This document shows positions 18,268 to 24,170 of a stretch of 24,170 bases of DNA, in pieces. Source of the DNA: a virus; IMG/VR virus record IMGVR_UViG_3300002092_000032, positions 1-24,170 of that record. The stretch is one strand, 5' to 3'. The position numbers and the translations under genes are program-made. Each line of letters opens with the position of its first letter. Within the stretch, counting starts at the first letter, position 1. The notes beneath the pieces were generated by a model. It saw only the letters and a program-made list of their open reading frames with translations, was not told the DNA's origin and did no database searches.

Positions 18268-18792
18268 TTATTCCGCACGGACAAGTTGCCATGGATTTTC
18301 TTTGAATCGCAAGCTGATTGATCTTCTCCATTTGGTATTAGGAGTGTTGTCCACACTATGCAATACACTCGCATTCCATATAATAGGACGATCTAAGATA
18401 AACTTGTCTATCTCAATGCAATCTTCAAGATCATATGAAGTAGAAAGTATTCCGCTTTTAAGAGGCACCATCTTTGGTTTTTTATCTGTTTTGTAAAAAC
18501 GTGTATAGATGTTTTCGCAATTCTCTATCGGAATGTTTATCACCGCATTGGGTTTACCATCAAGATGTCCATTACCATCAGTGTGTATGACAACACGTTC
18601 ACCCGGAGGACACTGAATCAGAATGGTTCTTGCCAACTCAAGACCTAAAAAATGAGTAACACCTATGTCAAATGGTTGGAATCCCCAGTCGTTCCCCTCC
18701 CACTTAGCCAATGCATCTTTGCATCTACTTTGAATGTCCGATGCGATGTCGTCGGCGACATCCAAATATTGCCAGATAAAATCTGATGGCAC
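18268..18792 (-). CDS. Putative 2OG-Fe(II) oxygenase, paralog of 17192..17722
   Basis: IHTDG, INIPIENCE, LHSVDN, WRRSISLRFKENPW; shares DFIWQY, VTHFxGLEL and RPII with the paralog. Confidence 0.65.
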   Translation of the reverse strand: MPSDFIWQYLDVADDIASDIQSRCKDALAKWEGNDWGFQPFDIGVTHFLGLELARTILIQCPPGERVVIHTDGNGHLDGKPNAVINIPIENCENIYTRFYKTDKKPKMVPLKSGILSTSYDLEDCIEIDKFILDRPIIWNASVLHSVDNTPNTKWRRSISLRFKENPWQLVRAE

Positions 18793-18793
18793 G

Positions 18794-19354
18794 CTACATC
18801 ACCGGATCAGTTATCACTAGGACATTCCCACGCATCATGATATTCTGGCCATGAAGGTCTAGTTCATATGTGGGTGTCAACTTATCAGCGATGAGATCAC
18901 ATGCTGCTTTTATTCCAGGTTGATACTTTTCTATCATGTTCATCTGCTTTTCTCTATATTCATCTGGTGCAGCCGACATGTAGTTTTCCATAGTCCTACC
19001 TATCGTTAGTGGATTACCTAGCTCAGGTATCTCTACAGCAGGTGTCAATCGCTCTATCTGTATCGCATGATACTGGTTAGTGACTCTAATCAGCCTTCCC
19101 TTGAATACAGGAAAATGTATATTTTTGTTTTTCATCACCAGATCAATAAAAGCCATATAAGCAGTGTCTTTAGACTTAAAGAGTTTTAATACATGATCAG
19201 CACCGGGTCTTGCATAGACTTGAGCAAATACTGCATCATTCTTGTCTAGTCTCTTATATCCAGCCTTGAAGAGTATATACTCAGCCATTATCAATGGCGG
19301 CCTGGTTATCTCATTCAAGACTTTTAATTCGGTTAGGAATTCAAATGCTCTCAT
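18794..19354 (-). CDS. Protein kinase-like protein resembling the T7 gp0.7 Ser/Thr kinase domain
   Basis: GYKRL...VFAQVY, VLKLF (ATP-binding Lys), IERL, catalytic loop DLHGQNIM and terminal ITDPV, matching the gp0.7-type D(M/L)HxxNIM...ITDPV pattern. Confidence 0.75.
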   Translation of the reverse strand: MRAFEFLTELKVLNEITRPPLIMAEYILFKAGYKRLDKNDAVFAQVYARPGADHVLKLFKSKDTAYMAFIDLVMKNKNIHFPVFKGRLIRVTNQYHAIQIERLTPAVEIPELGNPLTIGRTMENYMSAAPDEYREKQMNMIEKYQPGIKAACDLIADKLTPTYELDLHGQNIMMRGNVLVITDPVM

Positions 19355-20958
19355 TTGTTTCTCTCAGCCGCCATTTTCACTTCTTCTGATGGATTGTTGA
19401 TGTAACGAATCACCCAACCATCTTTTTTAACAGCAGCCATCTGCACTTCTTCTGATGGATTCTTGATGTAACGAATTGCATATCCAGTTTCTTGAACAGC
19501 AGCCATCTGCACTTCTTCTGATGGATTCTTGATGTATTGAATCATCCGACCATTTTGTTGAACAGCAGCCATTTTCACTTCTTCTGATGGATTCTTGATG
19601 TAATGAATCACCCAACCATCTTTTTTAACAGCAACCATCTGCATTTTTTCTGATGGATTCTTGATGTATTGAATCGCCCGACCATCTTGTTTAACAGCAG
19701 CCATTTTCACTGCTTCTGATGGATTCTTGATGTATTCAATCGTCCGACCATCTTGTTTAACAGCAGTCATCTGCATTGCTTCTGATGGATTGTTGATGTA
19801 TTGAATCGCCCAACCATCTTGTTTAACAGCAGCTATCTGCGCTTCTTCTGATGGATTCTTGATGAAACGAATTGCCTTCCCATTTTGTTTAACAGCAATC
19901 ATCTGCAATGCATCTGATGGATTATTGATGTAACGAATTGCTAATCCAGCTCGTTTAACAGCAGCCATTTTCACTTCTTCTGATGGATTATTGATGTATT
20001 GAATCACATACCCATTTTCTTGAACAGCAGCCATTTTCACTGCTTCTGATGGATTCTTGATGTATTCAATCGTCCGACCATCTTGTTTAACAGCAGCTAT
20101 CTGCGCTTCTTCTGATGGATTCTTGATGAAACGAATTGCCTTCCCATTTTGTTTAACAGCAATCATCTGCAATGCATCTGATGGATTTTGGACGTAACGA
20201 ATTGCTAATCCTTCATGTTTAACAGCAGTCATCCATTTATCTTCCGAAAATAGATTATATACCGTAATTACTTGTTTAGGACTTAATCGTTCATCTCGTT
20301 CATCCATGAATTGTGCAGATTCAAAATGAAATTGCCATTTTACCCCTGATCCACGGAATATGATGTCATATAGAGGACCTCGTCTGCTATAGTACTTGAA
20401 CCGATTATCTTTATCCCCTGCTGTACACCAGCGGGTGCCACGCCCATAATATTTGGCTGCTTCTTTGGTCTTCGGAATCATGATCTTTAATGCACCAGTA
20501 TCTTTATACAGGACTGCTTGACCTGACTTGATTAGACTTTCTTCTTCGGCTGCTTTCTCCTCATTACCGGTCTTCTTTTCAGCATACTGATCCATCAAGT
20601 TCAATAACAAATTCATACTTTTGAATTTATTGATGTCTCTTTGGTCAGTGGGGATCCTGCCGCTCTGCGTTAATTTGGCATATCTGGTCAATGGATCAGT
20701 CAACTTAGATAGGTCTTCAACGAATCTAATACCACCATTTGGATCAACAAACCTAGATATGATCCATTTGGTATATTTGGAATTAGTAGTCGGATCAATA
20801 TTATTGGCTATATATTCAATGAACTTAGCTGGATCGTCTTTCATAGAAGACCCTTGCGGATCTTTGGCCAACTTAGCCATAAGTTGTTGGCCGAATCTAC
20901 CTGATGTGGCTTCAATCGCGGCTGGACTCAGTGCTTCAAAAAGTTCTTGTAGACGCAT
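19351..20958 (-). CDS. Phage protein (535 aa) with a globular N-terminal region (GTRWCTA motif) and about 13 C-terminal 22-aa helical repeats (DUF4116-like)
   Basis: Start reassigned to the ATG at 20958 (MRLQELFEA), 4 nt after TATAAATA; repeat consensus NPSEEVQMAAVKQDGxAIxYIK; ATGA overlap with the kinase gene. Confidence 0.8.
   Translation of the reverse strand: MRLQELFEALSPAAIEATSGRFGQQLMAKLAKDPQGSSMKDDPAKFIEYIANNIDPTTNSKYTKWIISRFVDPNGGIRFVEDLSKLTDPLTRYAKLTQSGRIPTDQRDINKFKSMNLLLNLMDQYAEKKTGNEEKAAEEESLIKSGQAVLYKDTGALKIMIPKTKEAAKYYGRGTRWCTAGDKDNRFKYYSRRGPLYDIIFRGSGVKWQFHFESAQFMDERDERLSPKQVITVYNLFSEDKWMTAVKHEGLAIRYVQNPSDALQMIAVKQNGKAIRFIKNPSEEAQIAAVKQDGRTIEYIKNPSEAVKMAAVQENGYVIQYINNPSEEVKMAAVKRAGLAIRYINNPSDALQMIAVKQNGKAIRFIKNPSEEAQIAAVKQDGWAIQYINNPSEAMQMTAVKQDGRTIEYIKNPSEAVKMAAVKQDGRAIQYIKNPSEKMQMVAVKKDGWVIHYIKNPSEEVKMAAVQQNGRMIQYIKNPSEEVQMAAVQETGYAIRYIKNPSEEVQMAAVKKDGWVIRYINNPSEEVKMAAERNK
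19365..20230 (-). repeat. 66-nt tandem coding repeat, about 13 copies
   Basis: tctgatggatt(c/a/g)ttgatg recurs every 66 nt; 13 NPS motifs in the translation. Confidence 0.9.
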
Positions 20959-20962
20959 TATG

Positions 20963-20970
20963 TATTTATA
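20963..20970 (-). promoter_or_regulatory. T4-type late promoter TATAAATA
   Basis: Exact consensus, 4 nt upstream of the ATG at 20958. Confidence 0.7.
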
Positions 20971-21076
20971 GTTCTTTACAGTTATTACCGTGCCAACGCG
21001 CATAACCATTCACTGCAACATCTTTACCACAATGTGGGCACTGTTTCTTCTCACGCTTTGTACCACGTACCGCTTC
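20966..21076 (-). pseudogene. Remnant 3' end of a homing-endonuclease-type gene (contains repeat copy A, core 20971-21001)
   Basis: Start-less frame EAVRGTKREKKQCPHCGKDVAVNGYARWHGNNCKEL*; CPHC...RWHxxNCK is a C-terminal zinc-finger motif common in phage HNH/GIY-YIG/NUMOD3 endonucleases. Confidence 0.7.
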
Positions 21077-21077
21077 A

Positions 21078-21446
21078 TTATTCAAACAGTCTGCGGGCCC
21101 GTGCTGTGGTAGCAACTTCATTCAGAACCTTGATATTCTTTTTAACTTCAGCAACATCTTCTTCTACATATGGATTATAAGCTTTAAAATCTCCACCGTG
21201 GCCAAGTTTGATATGACACTCGGTAGTTTTATTCATGCATAGTGTGATGAGATTTGTAGGTTCTAGTTCCAACTCCGGATGAAGATGAAATGGTTTCATA
21301 TGATGCACGTTCAGTCTGTTGGACGAACCACATGCAGCACAGGTTGAATGTTCTTTCAGGAACTTATTTTCAAGTGCTGGCCATTTAGAACTTCTTTTGG
21401 TGGTGATGCCGGCAGCTGCATCTCTGGTCTTTGTACTTTTGTCCAT
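21078..21446 (-). CDS. Small HNH endonuclease
   Basis: CAACG...LNVHHMKPF...NLITLC...CHIKLGH; AGGAG upstream. Confidence 0.8.
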   Translation of the reverse strand: MDKSTKTRDAAAGITTKRSSKWPALENKFLKEHSTCAACGSSNRLNVHHMKPFHLHPELELEPTNLITLCMNKTTECHIKLGHGGDFKAYNPYVEEDVAEVKKNIKVLNEVATTARARRLFE

Positions 21447-21466
21447 GCGAGGTAACTCCTATAATG

Positions 21467-21508
21467 TACTTAGCGTTCTTTACAGTTATCACCGTGCCAA
21501 CGAGCGTA
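21467..21508 (-). repeat. Cassette-boundary repeat copy B with promoter variant GCTAAGTA
   Basis: gttctttacagttatcaccgtgccaacgagcg at 21475-21506, identical to copy C; reads YARWHGDNCKER* on the minus strand. Confidence 0.9.
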
Positions 21509-21522
21509 GACTTTAACGACAT

Positions 21523-21804
21523 TTAGGTAGAAATGTGTTCTTGTATTGATTGATACAAATCCAGTAGTCCATCGTAAACCTTGTCAAAATCGGGGTCTCC
21601 CTCTAAATTTTGCCAAGTAGCATCAGTTAGCAACTCATGCACATAGCTTCCAAGTTGCAATACATTATTTTTCCCTCGAAACTTGTTAGTATCATTGATA
21701 AACTGTTCAAATGCACGATAGTATGAGTCAATGTTTATTCCGTGTATTGCCCAGTAAGTTTTTATATGATCTTCTGTTTCATATAGTATTTCAATGATCT
21801 TCAT
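21523..21804 (-). CDS. Hypothetical protein (93 aa), possible internal head protein
   Basis: Begins MKIIEILYE; overlaps the end of the upstream 49-aa ORF. Confidence 0.7.
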   Translation of the reverse strand: MKIIEILYETEDHIKTYWAIHGINIDSYYRAFEQFINDTNKFRGKNNVLQLGSYVHELLTDATWQNLEGDPDFDKVYDGLLDLYQSIQEHIST

Positions 21805-21940
21805 TATCGGTTTTCATCTCTTGTATAGCAGACTCAACAAAGTTATTTAACTCTTCAACTTTTTGTTGCAGTGTTTTTAGTGTTCCGTCTTCATTTAAGG
21901 TGTTGCTAGGTGTTTCTTTGTATAGTTTTATGTTTTTCAT
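21791..21940 (-). CDS. Small acidic hypothetical protein (49 aa), absent from the ORF track
   Basis: MKNIKLYKETPSNTLNEDGTLKTLQQKVEELNNFVESAIQEMKTDNEDH*, preceded by a TAAGGA Shine-Dalgarno and ATTAAATA. Confidence 0.65.
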   Translation of the reverse strand: MKNIKLYKETPSNTLNEDGTLKTLQQKVEELNNFVESAIQEMKTDNEDH

Positions 21941-21957
21941 GCTATTGTTCCTTATGA

Positions 21958-21997
21958 TATTTAATGTTCTTTACAGTTATCACCGTGCCAACGAGCG
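21958..21997 (-). repeat. Cassette-boundary repeat copy C with promoter variant ATTAAATA
   Basis: 32-bp core at 21966-21997 identical to copy B; reads ARWHGDNCKEH*; begins 1 nt after the stop codon at 21999. Confidence 0.9.
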
Positions 21998-21998
21998 G

Positions 21999-22451
21999 TC
22001 AGTATTTTTCAACCTTGACTATCTTTGCAGATGGAGTTAGGTATTCCCAGACAACTTCATTAGGACTTTCTTCACCTGACCAATACGCTTCAGCGGCATC
22101 TTTTATTTCATCACTGTCTAATGGAAAACCAAGATCAACTAATGAACTTATTTCAGATAACCAATTCATGTCATGACGCTGTACTTCGCCGATCGGAACA
22201 ACTGTAAATAACCAATCCGTCGCTGCTCCGGCAAGATCAACATCATCCGGGTTATCACACATAAAAACACTTTGCTTATGAGCTAATTTATCGGTGGGGC
22301 GATACATTTCAATTGCGGCGTAGAAATTGGTATCCTGCCAATCATTCTCATAGTCGTCTCTCGGTGTTAGAATAGTACCTACCGGAAGTTCGTTATAACT
22401 ACCGTGATAGTAGTGATTCACTGATTCAGTTATGATTTCTGTGATACGCAT
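21999..22451 (-). CDS. Putative ADP-ribosyltransferase (Arr-like ART fold)
   Basis: YYHGSYNELPVGTILTP resembles the Arr-family FxHG(T/S)...L.VG..L motif; later SVFM, LFTVVPIG and WEYL segments fit the ART strand order. Confidence 0.55.
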   Translation of the reverse strand: MRITEIITESVNHYYHGSYNELPVGTILTPRDDYENDWQDTNFYAAIEMYRPTDKLAHKQSVFMCDNPDDVDLAGAATDWLFTVVPIGEVQRHDMNWLSEISSLVDLGFPLDSDEIKDAAEAYWSGEESPNEVVWEYLTPSAKIVKVEKY

Positions 22452-22456
22452 GATTG

Positions 22457-22488
22457 TATTTATAGTTCTTTACAGTTGTTACCGTGCC
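22457..22488 (-). repeat. Cassette-boundary repeat copy D with late promoter TATAAATA (22457-22464)
   Basis: 22455-22488 tgtatttatagttctttacagttgttaccgtgcc matches 20961-20994 at 33/34 positions; reads HGNNCKEL*. Confidence 0.9.
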
Positions 22489-23006
22489 TAGCTATCCATT
22501 GAAAAAGTTATAACTTGATATTGAATATCTTTATTTACTCCGCCATCGTTGAATATCTCAACATCAGGAAGACGACCTATACCACGATGATCTGGATCCT
22601 TATTTACATATATTGATTCCCGAACACATTGCAGTAGACGTTTAAAAGTAGGATTATATATGATTTCTGATTCATATGGTCCGTGCCAAGTAACTACAAT
22701 AGTCGGTAAGTTGTTACATATCGCTTTTTCAAATGCAACGATCTCGTCATCAGGAATCGGATCATAGTAATCTGGAAGACCAGTTAAGTACCAATACAAA
22801 CTTTGTTTTTCCCACCGTGCTTCACCTCGCCCACGTGGTCTATCTGCTTTGGCTAACTCTCCTCTGGTCCAGCCAGCGGATTTAAAATACGCCATTAGGT
22901 CCTTATACGACGACCAGTTAGTGCTAAAATAATGATTTCTTACCACATCCAATGAATCTCGCTTGAGGTGTCGTATTAAATTTTCAGGTGTGATCTCTTT
23001 AGGCAT
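22488..23006 (-). CDS. Hypothetical protein (172 aa)
   Basis: GGAGG upstream; TAATG stop/start overlap with the upstream ORF; no recognised motif. Confidence 0.75.
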   Translation of the reverse strand: MPKEITPENLIRHLKRDSLDVVRNHYFSTNWSSYKDLMAYFKSAGWTRGELAKADRPRGRGEARWEKQSLYWYLTGLPDYYDPIPDDEIVAFEKAICNNLPTIVVTWHGPYESEIIYNPTFKRLLQCVRESIYVNKDPDHRGIGRLPDVEIFNDGGVNKDIQYQVITFSMDS

Positions 23007-23191
23007 TAATCCTCCATATACTCAAATCCACTAGGAATGATAACTGTGCTACCATTAGTTAGCGTGACTTCATATTCTGTTCTATCCGCACTCAGTGCTA
23101 CACTGGTACACTCATCTTCACTTATTCCATGATCAGCTAACGCAGATTTATACGCTGCTCTCATCATTTTTTCATACTGTCTACTATTCAT
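23006..23191 (-). CDS. Small hypothetical protein (61 aa)
   Basis: Likely start MNSRQYEK at 23191, in an ATGA overlap with the endonuclease stop; AAGGA upstream. Confidence 0.6.
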   Translation of the reverse strand: MNSRQYEKMMRAAYKSALADHGISEDECTSVALSADRTEYEVTLTNGSTVIIPSGFEYMED

Positions 23192-23943
23192 TTTCTTTTC
23201 CTTCCACCTAGTTGCCAACCTTGTTCTAACCATTGAGGTAGTGTGTCGGACTTAACTTTCTTTTCAGCACCGTCTTTGTTGATAGAGATGTTTCCTAATG
23301 TGGCATTACGGACGTTATCAGCATGTCCTTCTTTTTTCGCGACGCCAGTTTGAGTGAGAGACCTCTTTAGTTTTTCTTCTTCGCTCATCGGACCTTTTGG
23401 TTTGCCCTTGCTTGCGAGTGACATCTTTAGACAAGTTTCTTCTGATCTTTTTTGACCAAGTATTTTAGCAACTCGTTTTGCTTGACCTTCAGCCTGTTTA
23501 ACAGGATCTATCTTTCGGTTGCGTGTTCTTTCTCTGTGTTTTTCTAACTCTTCACCCTCAAGTTTTTGACCTTTGTTCCAGGCTGGTTTACCCTTCATTC
23601 TTTCAGAATGTAATTGAGCGTGTGCTATACGATGTTTTTCATATGCTCTTGTTATGATACGAGAATGGTATCTTTGTTGAAACTCGTTTTGGGCATTCAT
23701 TCCATTGAATGCGTATGACATTTTAACATGATCTGCGCCTTCAGTCATCTTTAACAAAGCCCAATGACAAAGTGCGTGTTCTCTTCCAGTCAGCCATACT
23801 TTGTTGGATTTGTCATCATTGCCTCCCATTGAACTAGGAATAATATGATGTCGTTCTTTGTATTGCCCTTTTGGCAATATACGATTTTTTGCTTTCTCAA
23901 CGAGAAGCATATAGTGTTTGGTGTATTTGTTATCTTTGAACAT
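23188..23943 (-). CDS. HNH homing endonuclease with NUMOD3-like basic repeats
   Basis: YKERHHIIPSSMGGNDDKSNKVWLTGREHALCHWAL is the HNH motif of phage homing endonucleases; KGKPAWNKG, RSEETCLKMS and MSEEEKLKRS are NUMOD3-like; start at ATG 23943, 5 nt after TATAAATA. Confidence 0.85.
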   Translation of the reverse strand: MFKDNKYTKHYMLLVEKAKNRILPKGQYKERHHIIPSSMGGNDDKSNKVWLTGREHALCHWALLKMTEGADHVKMSYAFNGMNAQNEFQQRYHSRIITRAYEKHRIAHAQLHSERMKGKPAWNKGQKLEGEELEKHRERTRNRKIDPVKQAEGQAKRVAKILGQKRSEETCLKMSLASKGKPKGPMSEEEKLKRSLTQTGVAKKEGHADNVRNATLGNISINKDGAEKKVKSDTLPQWLEQGWQLGGRKRK

Positions 23944-23948
23944 GATAT

Positions 23949-23956
23949 TATTTATA
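23949..23956 (-). promoter_or_regulatory. T4-type late promoter TATAAATA
   Basis: Exact consensus between the capsid terminator and the endonuclease ATG. Confidence 0.7.
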
Positions 23957-23983
23957 CATAATATCACATTCTATTATTTAAAG

Positions 23984-24015
23984 TCAAAAGAAAAGGGTGC
24001 CGAAGCACCCTTTTC
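23984..24015 (-). terminator. Rho-independent terminator with a C(UUCG)G tetraloop
   Basis: Minus strand GAAAAGGGTGC-TTCG-GCACCCTTTTC followed by TTTT, about 50 nt downstream of the capsid stop. Confidence 0.9.
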
Positions 24016-24067
24016 CATAGTTGAGTTCAGTGTATGACTTACGATTATCTCGTAAGCCATTGTATTT

Positions 24068-24170
24068 TCACTGAAAAGTAAGGTTCTGGACCGCAATTTC
24101 CCCAACATAGTCGGCAGCGTTACCGAATGACGATGCAGTATTAGTGAGTTCTATGTACCCGTAACGTGTC
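24068..24170 (-). CDS. gp23: C-terminus of a T4 gp23-like major capsid protein (5'-truncated)
   Basis: TRYGYIELTNTASSFGNAADYVGEIAVQNLTFQ*; the TRYG motif near the C-terminus is characteristic of gp23-family capsids, and a strong UUCG terminator follows. Only 33 residues are visible. Confidence 0.75.
   Translation of the reverse strand, partial: TRYGYIELTNTASSFGNAADYVGEIAVQNLTFQ

Noticed and set aside
20959-21009. N-terminal extension MVMRVGTVITVKNYKYI of the 552-aa ORF
   Set aside because: It runs through the boundary repeat and promoter; the ATG at 20958 fits promoter spacing and the shared N-terminal motif.
20966-21446. Frameshift fusion of the small HNH gene to the CPHC remnant
   Set aside because: The HNH ORF ends in tandem stops (TAA TGA), looks complete, and no slippery sequence is evident.
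16894-22176. Short plus-strand and alternate-frame ORFs in the accessory island (16894..17091, 18302..18496, 19427..19615, 20621..20971, 21319..21516, 21964..22176)
   Set aside because: They overlap better-supported minus-strand genes and lack motifs or expression signals.
20971-22488. CRISPR array interpretation of the 32-bp repeats
   Set aside because: Intervals are about 460-470 bp and contain intact genes; no cas genes are visible; the repeat encodes a recognisable peptide.
20971-22488. Classical integron attC sites
   Set aside because: No long imperfect palindrome with RYYYAAC/GTTRRRY ends and no integrase in the window; the resemblance is organisational only.
8690-22490. Stop-codon reassignment as seen in some large phages
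   Set aside because: TAG, TGA and TAA all end genes at plausible boundaries, and long ORFs are intact under the standard bacterial code.

Overview
Structural and accessory region of a large, AT-rich, T4-like (myovirus/jumbo-type) phage genome; almost all genes are on the minus strand. In transcription order (right to left): the 3' end of a gp23-like major capsid gene, a C(UUCG)G terminator, an HNH/NUMOD3-type homing endonuclease, and an accessory island (about 16.4-23.2 kb). The island contains an Arr-like ADP-ribosyltransferase, a small HNH protein, a 22-aa helical-repeat protein, a T7 gp0.7-like protein kinase, two paralogous 2OG-Fe(II) oxygenase-like genes and a SAM methyltransferase. It is followed by about 16 kb of paralogous Gly/Asn/Thr-rich fibre or spike genes. 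The most unusual feature is an array at about 20.96-22.49 kb. Four copies of a 24-35 bp direct repeat are spaced about 500 bp apart and separate unrelated genes. The repeat encodes the C-terminal (A)RWHG(D/N)NCKE* peptide typical of phage homing endonucleases, and its stop codon is fused to a TATAAATA-like late promoter. Several island proteins begin with M(R/K)xxE(I/L/F)..E, which resembles the T4 internal-protein capsid-targeting sequence. This suggests a modular cassette system for capsid-packaged, injected effectors. All family assignments come from motif recognition by eye; no database searches were run.
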